In this document: positions 1 to 9,797 of the stretch, piece by piece | How positions within the stretch are numbered: position 1 is the first letter of the stretch | Layout: every line of letters starts with the position of its first letter | Assembly (NCBI GenBank): GCA_018674495.1 | Contig: JABHAA010000147.1 | Coordinates: 24,111-88,110 of the forward strand | DNA length: 64,000 bases | Direction of reading: 5' to 3' | Source of the DNA: Rhodospirillaceae bacterium | GTDB lineage: Bacteria; Pseudomonadota; Alphaproteobacteria; Rhodospirillales; UBA2165 | Program-made: the position numbers and the translations under genes | The notes under the pieces: model-generated | What the model saw: only the letters and a program-made list of their open reading frames with translations | Databases searched by the model: none | Told to the model about the DNA's origin: nothing

Positions 1-1650
1 TCCGCCCTCGACGTGATCGTCAAAGGCGATCTGTTGCCGGCGCCCAAGGCCGCAGCCCTCGGCATTGTCGAAGACGTGATCGAGGGTGATTTGGTTGCCG
101 CCGCTGTTGCATTCGCCGCCAAGGCCGCCGCCGACGGCGCCCAGCTACCGCGCTCCTCAAAGCGCACCGACTTGATCGGCGGCGCGGCGGACGAGCCGGC
201 CCTGTTCGATGATTACCGGAAATCCATCGCCCGGCGGGCGCGCGGCTTTGAAGCCCCCTACCACGCCATCGATTTGATCGAGGCGTCTACCAAGCTGGAC
301 TTCGATGCCGGCATGGAGCTGGAGAAAAAGACCGCCGGCATCACGGTTGCCTCCACCCAGTCGGCGGCGCAGCGCTATTTGTTTTTTGCCGAGCGCGAGG
401 CCCTCAAAATTCCCGACGTACCCCGCGACACAGAGGTGCGCGATATCAAATCAGCGGCCATTATTGGGTCCGGCACCATGGGCGGCGGCATCGCCATGTG
501 CTTCGCCAATGCTGGCATTCCAGTCACCGTCATCGATATGGAGCAGGGAAATCTGGACAAGGGGCTGGAACGGGTCGAAGGCAATTACCAGGTATCGGCC
601 AAGCGCGGCTCCATGGCCGAAGCCGATATCGCCGTGCGCATGGGACTGATCAACGGCTCCACCGATATCAACGATGCCGGCGGCGCCGATATCGTGATCG
701 AGGCGGTGTTCGAAGATATCGAACTGAAGAAAACCATCTTCGCCCAGTTGGACGCGATTATGGGCGACGGCGCGATCCTCGCCACCAACACCTCGGCGCT
801 TGATATCGATGCCATCGCGGCGGCAACGAAGCGCCCCGAAGCGGTCATCGGCACTCATTTTTTCAGCCCCGCCAATGTCATGCGATTGCTGGAAAACGTG
901 CGCGCCGCCAAGACCGGCAACCAGGCCATCGCGACGGCCATGAAATTGGGGCGCACTCTCGGCAAGCAGCCGGTGTTAGCCGGTCTTTGCCCGGGCTTTA
1001 TCGGCAACCGCATCTTGCGCGTCTATTTCGGCCAGTGTGATAAGCTCATGTTCGAAGGCTCCTACCCCGATCAGATCGACAAGGCGATCTTTGATTTCGG
1101 TTTCGCCATGGGACCGTTCGGCGTGCGCGACATGGCCGGCCTCGATATCGGCTACCAAGCGCGCAAGGCCCAAGGAGGCTCCAACGAGCGCCGCTATATC
1201 CTCACCGACAAATTGTGCGATGCCGGGCGCCGGGGCATGAAGACCGGAGCCGGCTATTACAAATACGAAGACGGCAGCCGCACACCGATACCGGACCCGG
1301 AAGTCAATGCCATGATCGATGAGATATCCAAGGATCTGGGGATCGAGCGCCGACCTATCAGCGATGAGGAGATTGTCGAGCGGATCATCTTTCCGATGAT
1401 CAACGAGGCCGCCAACATCGTCGATGAGGGCATTGCGCTCCGCGCCTCGGACGTGGATGTCACCTACGTGCATGGCTACGGCTTTCCGCGCTACCGGGGC
1501 GGGCTGATGTTTTACGCCGATACGGTTGGCCTCGATAAGGTCCTGGAAACCATGCAGCGCTTCGAGACGGAAGAGGACGGCGATGCCATGGCGCCCGCGC
1601 CATTGCTAGCGAAACTAGCCAAGGAAGGCGGCAGCTTTACCGGGCAATAA
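1..1650 (+). CDS. Fatty-acid oxidation multifunctional enzyme, C-terminal part (3-hydroxyacyl-CoA dehydrogenase). The enoyl-CoA hydratase part lies upstream of the window.
   Basis: The frame is open from base 1 (track ORF 13..1650). Rossmann motif AAIIGSGTMGGGIAMCFANAG. Length and layout fit FadB/FadJ-type proteins. The 5' end is cut by the window edge. Confidence 0.85.
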   Translation, partial: SALDVIVKGDLLPAPKAAALGIVEDVIEGDLVAAAVAFAAKAAADGAQLPRSSKRTDLIGGAADEPALFDDYRKSIARRARGFEAPYHAIDLIEASTKLDFDAGMELEKKTAGITVASTQSAAQRYLFFAEREALKIPDVPRDTEVRDIKSAAIIGSGTMGGGIAMCFANAGIPVTVIDMEQGNLDKGLERVEGNYQVSAKRGSMAEADIAVRMGLINGSTDINDAGGADIVIEAVFEDIELKKTIFAQLDAIMGDGAILATNTSALDIDAIAAATKRPEAVIGTHFFSPANVMRLLENVRAAKTGNQAIATAMKLGRTLGKQPVLAGLCPGFIGNRILRVYFGQCDKLMFEGSYPDQIDKAIFDFGFAMGPFGVRDMAGLDIGYQARKAQGGSNERRYILTDKLCDAGRRGMKTGAGYYKYEDGSRTPIPDPEVNAMIDEISKDLGIERRPISDEEIVERIIFPMINEAANIVDEGIALRASDVDVTYVHGYGFPRYRGGLMFYADTVGLDKVLETMQRFETEEDGDAMAPAPLLAKLAKEGGSFTGQ

Positions 1651-1752
1651 TGTTTAGTTTTTCGCCGCGTTAGGTGTTTGAAGAACAGGCCGGTCCGGGC
1701 TACTGTCTCGCCAATAACTACAATCTTTTTTATCAAAAACCTGGAGGAAGCA

Positions 1753-3291
1753 ATGCGTAGCAAACAACTTTTACTCGCCAGCGTCGGCATATTGAGTGCC
1801 GCCGTGATCGCCATGCCGGCATCGGCGCAAAAATCTAAGGACACCTTGCGTGTCGGCTTTTATCAGCCGGTGCGCCTGGTCGATGCCTTTTTCCAGCCCG
1901 GGCCGGAAGCCTCGCTGGCCTATCGCATGGTGTTCGATACGCTGGTCAACTATGACGCCGTAAAGCGCAAATATGTATCGGGCCTGGTGGAATCGTGGAA
2001 GCGCATCAGCCCTACCTCCATGGAATTCAAGCTGAAAAAAGGCCTCAAATGGTCCGACGGTGCACCGCTGACCATGGACGACGTTGAATACACCTATGGC
2101 TTCGCCATGAACCCCAAAGTCAAATATCGCTTCAAGGCGACGCGCATCAACTGGATCAAAAATTTCCAGCGCATCGACGATGACACCTTCCGCATCAATT
2201 CCTCCATTCCCATGGCGGTGATGCTGGCCAAGATGACCAACTTCCCGTCGATCTATCCCAAACATATCCATGGCAAGCTGGCCAAGAAAAACACCTTTGG
2301 CCAAAAAGCCATCGGATCGGGCCCCTTTAAAGTGTCCGCGTTTAACCCGGCCACAGGCCTGACCCTGGTCAAGAACGACAACTACAAGCACGGCAATGTG
2401 GGCAAGCCCGCTGCCCAGGCCAACCGCATCCAGGTCTTCCCGAGGCCCGATGAGCAATCCCAGGTCGCCAGCCTGCTCACCGGCAAGCAGGATGTCATGT
2501 ACAACATGGATAAGGATCAGGCCCTGCAATTGGCCACCCATCCGGACATCCGCGTCGATGTGCAGGATTCGGTCTCCTTCTCTTATATGATGTTCGATGC
2601 GAAGGGCCGCTCCGGCTTCAAGCATTTCCAAAACCCCAAGGTGCGGCGCGCCCTAATGCACGCCGTTGACCGCAAGGAATTGCGCAGCCTGGTGCATCCC
2701 GCGATCAAACGGGAATTGGGCACCGTCTGCCATCCGTGGGTGCAGAACTGCAACTGGTCGGTGGAACCGCCGAAATACGATCCCGCTCTGGCCAAACGCC
2801 TGCTGGCCGAAGCTGGCCTCGCCAACGGCTTTACGATCCCGATCCTGACCTGGGGTGAAGCCCGCGCAACCGCCGAAGCGGTGGCCGGTCAATTGCGAAA
2901 AGTCGGTATCAAGGCATCGGTAAACGCACAATCGTTTGGCGGTTTCTTGCGCGCCCGCGCCAAAGGCGAGCCGCTTTTGGTCACCCTTTGGGACAATTCC
3001 GTCGGCCAGCCTGATATCGACAATACGGCGTCCTATTTCTATCTGCCGACGTCGCGCAATTATAACAAGGACCCCGAGCTGCAAGCCCTGGCCACCAAGG
3101 GCCGCGGCATCATCGATCCCAAGGCGCGGGGCGAGGTTTACAAGCAGCTATTCGACGAAAGCACCCGGCGCAGCTATTTGATGCCGCTTATCCCGTTGCC
3201 AGCGATCGTCGCCTACCACAAGGACGTGAAGCTTCTCGGCAATCACAAGAACCCCAAGGGGCTCGAATTCAACCGGGTTGCCTGGAAATAA
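1753..3291 (+). CDS. ABC-transporter periplasmic solute-binding protein, family 5 (DppA/OppA/NikA-like), paralog 1
   Basis: ATG 1753 is preceded by GGAGGAAG. Signal peptide MRSKQLLLASVGILSAAVIAMPASA/QK. About 510 aa, typical of SBP family 5. No permease or ATPase genes are adjacent. Confidence 0.85.
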   Translation: MRSKQLLLASVGILSAAVIAMPASAQKSKDTLRVGFYQPVRLVDAFFQPGPEASLAYRMVFDTLVNYDAVKRKYVSGLVESWKRISPTSMEFKLKKGLKWSDGAPLTMDDVEYTYGFAMNPKVKYRFKATRINWIKNFQRIDDDTFRINSSIPMAVMLAKMTNFPSIYPKHIHGKLAKKNTFGQKAIGSGPFKVSAFNPATGLTLVKNDNYKHGNVGKPAAQANRIQVFPRPDEQSQVASLLTGKQDVMYNMDKDQALQLATHPDIRVDVQDSVSFSYMMFDAKGRSGFKHFQNPKVRRALMHAVDRKELRSLVHPAIKRELGTVCHPWVQNCNWSVEPPKYDPALAKRLLAEAGLANGFTIPILTWGEARATAEAVAGQLRKVGIKASVNAQSFGGFLRARAKGEPLLVTLWDNSVGQPDIDNTASYFYLPTSRNYNKDPELQALATKGRGIIDPKARGEVYKQLFDESTRRSYLMPLIPLPAIVAYHKDVKLLGNHKNPKGLEFNRVAWK

Positions 3292-3320
3292 TCTCGAACC
3301 AATTTTTCGATTTTCGGCGA

Positions 3321-3349
3321 GGGCCGCTCCGTTTGGGGCGGCCCTTTTT
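3321..3349 (+). terminator. Rho-independent terminator after SBP paralog 1
   Basis: GGGCCGC-loop-GCGGCCC hairpin followed by TTTTT. Confidence 0.7.
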
Positions 3350-3469
3350 CTTTGCGGCATTGCAAGCCGTTATCGGCGGGGCGCACGCGGTTGTTGAAGT
3401 GAAACCTGATCCGCGATATCGTTCGCTCAAGAAACTGTAAACAAACTAATCGTAAACAAGGAGGATACA

Positions 3470-5008
3470 ATGAATACCAAACATTTCTTGCTCGCCGGAG
3501 CGGGCATTTTGACAGCTTTCGCCATGGCGGCGCCGGCGTCAGCCCAAAAATCCAAGGACACCTTACGGGTCGGCTTTTATCAGCCGGTGCGTCTGGTGGA
3601 TTCCTATTTCCAGCCGGGACCGGAAGCCTCGCTGGTGACGCGCATGGTCTTTGATTTTCTGGTCACCTACGATCCGACGAACCGTAAGTATTTGCCCGGC
3701 ATCGCAGCGTCCTGGAAGCGGATCAGCCCGACCACCATGGAATTCAAGATCAAAACCGATCTGAAGTGGAGCGACGGCACAGCCTTGACCATGGACGACA
3801 TCGAATACACCTACAAATTCGCCATGGATCCCAAGGTCAAATACCGGTTCAAGGCGACGCGGATCAATTGGATCAAAAATTTTCAGCGGGTTGACAACAC
3901 CACTTTCCGCATCAATTCCAAAATTCCGATGGCTGTGATGCTAGCCAAAATGACCAACTTCCCGTCCATATATCCAAAACATATCCACGACAAACTTGCC
4001 AAAAAAAATGAGTTCGGTCAGAAAGCGATTGGATCAGGGCCTTTTAAGGTGGCCTCGTTTGAATCGGGTAAAGCCATCACTCTGGTCAAAAACAGCTCCT
4101 ATAAAAATATCGCTTTTGGAAAGCCCGAAGCACAGCTGAACCGCGTGCAAATCTTCCCGCGCCCCGACGAGCAGAGCCAGGTTGCGAGCCTGCTCACCGG
4201 CCAGCAGGACTTGATGTACAATATGGATAAGGACCAGGCCCTGGAATTGGCCAGCCGCGATGACATCCGGGTGAATGTCCAAGATTCGGTTTCCTTCTCC
4301 TACATGATGTTTGACGTCAAAGGGCGTTCGGGGTTCAAGCATTTTGCTAATCCGAAGGTGCGCCGTGCCCTCATGCACGCGGTGAACCGCAAGGAATTGC
4401 GAAAATTGGTGCATCCGGAGATCACGCGTGAGCTCGGTACGGTTTGCCATCCGTGGGTGCAGAACTGCAATTGGTCTGTGGAGCCGCCAAAATACGATCC
4501 CGCCCTCGCAAAGCGCTTGCTCGCCGAGGCCGGTCTCGCCAATGGCTTCGAGATTCCTATCCTGACCTGGGGCGAAGCCCGCGCGACCGCCGAGGCGGTG
4601 GCCGGTCAATTGCGCAAAATCGGCATCAAGGCTTCCGTGAACCTTCAATCTTTCGGTGGCTTCATCAAGACACGCCGCAAGGGTCAGCCGCTTTTGGTTA
4701 CGCTTTGGGACAATTCGGTCGGACAGCCGGACATCGACAACACGGCTTCCTATTTCTATCTGCCGTCGTCCCGTAACTACAACAAGGATCCGGAACTGCA
4801 GGCGCTGGCCACCAAAGGCCGCGGGATCATTGATCCCAAGGCGCGGGCCGAGGTTTATAAGAAGCTGTTCGATGAATCCACCAGGCGCAGCTATTTGATG
4901 CCGCTGATCCCACTGCCGGCGATCGTCGCGCATCATAAGGATGTGAAACTGCTTGGCGGTCACAAGAACCCCAAGGGCTTCGAGTTTAACCGCGTAGCCT
5001 GGAACTGA
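3470..5008 (+). CDS. ABC-transporter periplasmic solute-binding protein, family 5, paralog 2 (tandem duplicate of 1753..3291)
   Basis: RBS AAGGAGGA upstream. Signal peptide ending APASA/QK. By eye it is more than 80% identical to paralog 1, and nearly identical from GTVCHPWVQNCNWSVEPP to the C-terminus. Confidence 0.85.
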   Translation: MNTKHFLLAGAGILTAFAMAAPASAQKSKDTLRVGFYQPVRLVDSYFQPGPEASLVTRMVFDFLVTYDPTNRKYLPGIAASWKRISPTTMEFKIKTDLKWSDGTALTMDDIEYTYKFAMDPKVKYRFKATRINWIKNFQRVDNTTFRINSKIPMAVMLAKMTNFPSIYPKHIHDKLAKKNEFGQKAIGSGPFKVASFESGKAITLVKNSSYKNIAFGKPEAQLNRVQIFPRPDEQSQVASLLTGQQDLMYNMDKDQALELASRDDIRVNVQDSVSFSYMMFDVKGRSGFKHFANPKVRRALMHAVNRKELRKLVHPEITRELGTVCHPWVQNCNWSVEPPKYDPALAKRLLAEAGLANGFEIPILTWGEARATAEAVAGQLRKIGIKASVNLQSFGGFIKTRRKGQPLLVTLWDNSVGQPDIDNTASYFYLPSSRNYNKDPELQALATKGRGIIDPKARAEVYKKLFDESTRRSYLMPLIPLPAIVAHHKDVKLLGGHKNPKGFEFNRVAWN

Positions 5009-5035
5009 TCACTAAGATCAGATATTCAAAATTCA

Positions 5036-5065
5036 GGGCCGCTCCCCAAGGGGGCGGCCCTTTTT
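5036..5065 (+). terminator. Rho-independent terminator after SBP paralog 2
   Basis: GGGCCGC-loop-GCGGCCC hairpin plus TTTTT. The stem sequence is the same as in the terminator at 3321..3349. Confidence 0.7.
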
Positions 5066-5073
5066 CTATGGCC

Positions 5074-5928
5074 TCAAACCGGCCTGGGTCCCTGGATTGT
5101 GGTGCGGTGCATATGGCGGGTGTATTGGGCATCATAGACCGTCGCGTGGTGCATGGTCGAGCGATTGTCCCAGCATAAAAGATCATGGGGCCGCCAGACA
5201 TGGCGGTACAGGAAGCGTTCCTCCTGGGTATGGGCAAACAGCATTTGCAGCAATGCATCGCTCTCACCCTTGTCCATCCCGTCCACCCGGTAGGTGAAGC
5301 CGGGATTGACGAACAACGCCTTGCGGCCGGTGTCTTCGTGGGTGCGCACAATGGGATGCAGCACATCTTCCAAGCTCGCCAACTGCTCCTCGGTCAGATC
5401 GGGACGTGTCGCGGCGTCGCTTTCGTTGGATTTGTAGTTGATGGTGTAGGAGTGATAGGCGCCCCTTCCTTCGATCTTTTGTTTAACGTCTTCGGGCAAG
5501 GCATCATAGGCAGCGGCCATGTCGGCGAAGAAGGTATCGCCGCCTTCGGGGGGAATATCGACCGCATAGAGCATGGTACCCAGCGCCGGTTCGGTGTTGT
5601 AGGAAATATCCGAATGCCAATAGCGGCCCGCATCCTCGAAGCCGATGGCGTTACCGTCCGCATCCAACCGGTTCGACAGTTCCAGCACCTCCGGATGGCC
5701 GGGAATCTGGAACTGGGTCAGCACGTGGATCATCAGCCCACCGAAACGCCTGGAGAACGCCGCTTGAGCATCCGGCGCCAATTCTTGACCCCGAAATACC
5801 ACCACCGATTTCCCGAAATACAAATCGCGGACTTCGGCGAATTCTTCCGGTGTCATCTCGGCGGCAAGATTGAGGCCGATCACTTCGGCGCCAAAACCTT
5901 CGGTCAGGGGATGGACCTCATAAGCCAT
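5074..5928 (-). CDS. TauD/TfdA-family Fe(II)/2-oxoglutarate-dependent dioxygenase (taurine-dioxygenase-like)
   Basis: WHSDISY (HxD iron ligands) and WDNRSTMHHA motifs. 284 aa, the typical TauD size. Confidence 0.8.
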   Translation of the reverse strand: MAYEVHPLTEGFGAEVIGLNLAAEMTPEEFAEVRDLYFGKSVVVFRGQELAPDAQAAFSRRFGGLMIHVLTQFQIPGHPEVLELSNRLDADGNAIGFEDAGRYWHSDISYNTEPALGTMLYAVDIPPEGGDTFFADMAAAYDALPEDVKQKIEGRGAYHSYTINYKSNESDAATRPDLTEEQLASLEDVLHPIVRTHEDTGRKALFVNPGFTYRVDGMDKGESDALLQMLFAHTQEERFLYRHVWRPHDLLCWDNRSTMHHATVYDAQYTRHMHRTTIQGPRPV

Positions 5929-5938
5929 AAATCAGCCC

Positions 5939-6955
5939 TCATATATCCAGCTTCAGTAACTGGGCCGCGTTGCCGCCCTGGATCGCTGCATGCGCGGCCT
6001 CGTCCAGCCCCGGCACCCGACCGAGCAGCCCTAACGGATCGTCGTCGCCCATATCATAAGGGTAATCGGTGCCCAGAAGAATATGATCGGAGCCGAATTT
6101 CTTGATCAGATATTCAAGCTGATCGGGCTCGAACACCATGGTGTCAAAGTAGAACCGCTTTAGATACTCGCTCGGCGGCAGCGGCAGACCATCGCGCACA
6201 TCGGCGCGCGCATGATAGGCATGATCCATGCGCCCCGCATAGGACGGCAGAAAGCCGCCGCCGTGGGCAACGCAAATCTTCAGGCCCGGATGGCGATCCA
6301 TGACGCCGTCAAATATGAGATGGCTGAGCGCCATAGTCGCTTCCATAGGATGGCCGATGATGTTGAGGAAATAATGCTCGGTCAGGCGGTCCGTGTGGGA
6401 ATAGCCGGCGGTGTGGATAAAGATCAGGATGCCGAGCTCTTCGGCCTTGGCGAAAAACGGCTCCAGGCGCGGCGCCGACAGCTCGTCGTCGCCAACGCGG
6501 CTGTGAATTTCCACGCCCCGCAGTCCGAGATCCTTTACGCAGCGCTCCAACTCGGCGACCGCCATTTCAGTGTTCTGTAAGGGCACCGATCCCAGCCCGA
6601 CGAACCTGTCCGGATGCTCGGCAACGGCGCCGGCGATGGAATCGTTGATCATCCGTGCCGCGGCGCGCCCCGGTTCAGGCTCGGCCCAATAATAAAACTG
6701 ATAGGGCGAGACCGAGATGGCCTGAATATCGACGCCCATGCGGTCCATATCGGCCAGCCGCTCGTCCAGGGACTCCATTTTCGGGCGAATGAATTCGAGC
6801 TGCTTTTTGTTGACATCCTTGGTCAAATCGCTGCCGAACGACAAAGCCGCAAAGCCGACGCGCTTGGCCTCTTCCTTCATCATTTCGGACGCCTCGTCGC
6901 ATTCCCGGTGGCAATGGATATCGACGGTCAGCGACTTGGAGCCGTTCCGGACCAT
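5939..6955 (-). CDS. Amidohydrolase-2 family protein (ACMSD-like metal-dependent decarboxylase/hydrolase)
   Basis: VDIHCH metal-binding motif near the N-terminus, plus HTAG, HGGG and GTDYPYD motifs. The start may be ATG 6955 (MVRNG) or ATG 7009. Confidence 0.7.
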   Translation of the reverse strand: MVRNGSKSLTVDIHCHRECDEASEMMKEEAKRVGFAALSFGSDLTKDVNKKQLEFIRPKMESLDERLADMDRMGVDIQAISVSPYQFYYWAEPEPGRAAARMINDSIAGAVAEHPDRFVGLGSVPLQNTEMAVAELERCVKDLGLRGVEIHSRVGDDELSAPRLEPFFAKAEELGILIFIHTAGYSHTDRLTEHYFLNIIGHPMEATMALSHLIFDGVMDRHPGLKICVAHGGGFLPSYAGRMDHAYHARADVRDGLPLPPSEYLKRFYFDTMVFEPDQLEYLIKKFGSDHILLGTDYPYDMGDDDPLGLLGRVPGLDEAAHAAIQGGNAAQLLKLDI

Positions 6956-7059
6956 AGGCGTTGTATTAGTGTCCGACGCCGGCGCCCGGTGGGCGCATTT
7001 GAAATACATTGGTGATCCCCTGTCATAATTGCAGGCTTAGTTATGACAGGTTCACCGGC

Positions 7060-8046
<987 letters not shown>

Positions 8047-8049
8047 TGC

Positions 8050-8691
8050 CTAATCTTCCGGGAAGCACCAGCGGCGCGCATCGGCCCGGCCCTTTAGGCA
8101 TTGCAGGCATTGATGCTTCAAGCGATTATGAATTTCCAAAAAACCGGCGGTGCAGGTTTTGAGAAATTCCGCTTCGTTTTGGTCATCAATTTTTAGACTG
8201 ACAATCGGCGCGCCGGTGACAGGCGGCTGGCTAAAGCCGAGGTTGGTCAACATACGCACCGTGGCCGGATGGACCGCATGACTTAAAATCGTGTCGATAT
8301 TGAGGTCCGCATCCTCGGTCAGATCCTTGAACAATTTTGCCACCGTCATCATGGCGATACCCTGGCGGCGGACGTCGCGGTTGACGACGATCGAATCCAA
8401 TTTGCACGCCTGATGCTGGTTTAATTTGTTCTGGCTCAGAACGGCGGTCGCGGTCGCGCACAGCTTGCCGCAGGCATAAAGTCCGACCAGCCGGATTTCG
8501 CGCTCCGCATCCTCACTATGGCCGCCATCGAGGGCCGTCTGAATGGGGCCGATCTCATCGGAGCGGGCATGGCGGATAATAAAAGCGCCGTAGGCTTCAC
8601 GGGTAACGGGCGCAAAATACAGCCCCTGCATCTCTTTGGGCTGATCAAATTCTGATTGGGTGTCTAACGGCCCCATTTGCCTTGCCCCCAA
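8050..8691 (-). CDS. GNAT-family N-acetyltransferase-like protein with a Cys-rich C-terminal tail
   Basis: Acetyl-CoA-binding motif-A-like VVNRDVRRQGIAMM. C-terminal C-x14-C-x2-C-x10-C pattern. Its stop is 3 nt upstream of the deacetylase start. The exact start codon is uncertain. Confidence 0.6.
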   Translation of the reverse strand: MGARQMGPLDTQSEFDQPKEMQGLYFAPVTREAYGAFIIRHARSDEIGPIQTALDGGHSEDAEREIRLVGLYACGKLCATATAVLSQNKLNQHQACKLDSIVVNRDVRRQGIAMMTVAKLFKDLTEDADLNIDTILSHAVHPATVRMLTNLGFSQPPVTGAPIVSLKIDDQNEAEFLKTCTAGFLEIHNRLKHQCLQCLKGRADARRWCFPED

Positions 8692-8904
8692 AATCCTGCG
8701 GTTTGAAAAAACATAGTTATGCGAGACCTAACATATTGGGGGGACATTGCCCTTAATCAAGGGTTTCGGCACCCGAATTCGGTGAGCCAAAATTTGCGCA
8801 AATACCCATTGCTTTCCGAGCCGCGTTGGCTTTAGGTTCCCGGACTGCCCCAAGGCGTACACTGTCGCTGGTACCAATCGCTTACCCAATAATGGAGAGA
8901 CCCC

Positions 8905-9363
8905 ATGAGCCTCAGCAAGAAATCCACGGCATTTTTAATTTTGGTATTTGCTCTTGCGGGCTGCTCCCTGGGCCTCCCTTACAATAAAGCCAAGCCGGAT
9001 TTTCCAAAACTGGCAGCCGGGAAAAGCCGGGTGTTCGTCTACCGGGCCGCCAACCCCCTGGCGATAGCTTTTCCGAGGGTGGTTATGATGGACGCCAAGC
9101 CGTTCGGTGACATCTTCGCCGGCACAACGACCTACCGCGACGTGGCGACGGGCAGCCACGATTTTTCCTTCGCCGGACAGAAAACCAAATTGAACCTGCA
9201 ATTACGGCCCGGCGACGAGACCTTCCTGCGGGTCTCGTTGGACGTGAACAATGAGGGGATCGGGGACACCGTCATTAAAGTGATACCCAAGCAAACGGCA
9301 GAACAAGACATGTATTATACCAACATGATCGAGCCCAAGGTCCGCGATCTGATCAAAAAATAG
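8905..9363 (+). CDS. Small lipoprotein (DUF2846-like)
   Basis: Lipobox LALAGC in MSLSKKSTAFLILVFALAGCS. RBS GGAGAG upstream. The DUF assignment is from memory only. Confidence 0.6.
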   Translation: MSLSKKSTAFLILVFALAGCSLGLPYNKAKPDFPKLAAGKSRVFVYRAANPLAIAFPRVVMMDAKPFGDIFAGTTTYRDVATGSHDFSFAGQKTKLNLQLRPGDETFLRVSLDVNNEGIGDTVIKVIPKQTAEQDMYYTNMIEPKVRDLIKK

Positions 9364-9396
9364 CCGCAGGCTGCGGCGCTGGCAGTCTGGTGAAAC

Positions 9397-9471
9397 TGGC
9401 TGGGGCGCAGGGATTTGAACCCCGATTTTCCGGGTCAGAGCCGGACGTAATAGCCATTATACGACGCCCCA
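9397..9471 (-). tRNA. tRNA-Gln (anticodon CUG)
   Basis: Folded by hand into a 75-nt cloverleaf. Acceptor TGGGGCG/CGCCCCA with discriminator G and an encoded CCA. 3-bp D-stem as in E. coli tRNA-Gln. Anticodon stem TCCGG/CCGGA with loop CTCTGAC. T-loop TTCAAAT. Confidence 0.85.
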
Positions 9472-9633
9472 ATAGCGCCGGCGGGTAAGCGTCCCGCCGA
9501 ATTTTGCCGTCGGTATTTACCATGCCAACCCGCTAAATTGAAAGCGTTTAGATGCTCCCCGCCCCCGCGCATATCCCGGATTTTTCGCGCCCCTGAGCCT
9601 CGCCCGCCAGGCTTCGAAGCGAATTTCAAAAAA

Positions 9634-9654
9634 AATTGCGAATTATTTGCAATT
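9634..9654. promoter_or_regulatory. Candidate operator palindrome upstream of the chemoreceptor gene
   Basis: Perfect inverted repeat AATTGC-N9-GCAATT in an A/T-rich stretch about 145 bp upstream of ATG 9798. The binding protein is unknown. Confidence 0.25.
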
Positions 9655-9797
9655 ACCACTTTGAATCAGACCCGCGGGCTCCCATATGCCAAATTGGAGA
9701 GTAAGTTCAGCGGCATCAAAACAATAACATCCGCGAAAAGAGATGTGGCTGGATGGCGGCGAAGCAATAAGACAGAAAAGCGAACCGAGGAACTATA

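Noticed and set aside
1771-2631. Long antisense or alternative-frame ORFs opposite well-supported genes, for example 1771..2631, 4034..4963, 5185..6105, 7009..8034, 10137..11246, 14184..14960, 14979..15905 and 17300..18145
   Set aside because: These are typical GC-rich shadow ORFs. They are Arg/Gly/His/Pro-rich, show no motifs and have no RBS. They lie fully within genes that have clear family signatures on the other strand.
9634-9654. Palindrome upstream of the globin-MCP gene considered as an FNR/FixK box
   Set aside because: The sequence is AATTGC-N9-GCAATT (TTGC-N9-GCAA). It matches neither the half-site sequence nor the spacing of the TTGAT-N4-ATCAA consensus. I kept it only as a low-confidence generic operator.
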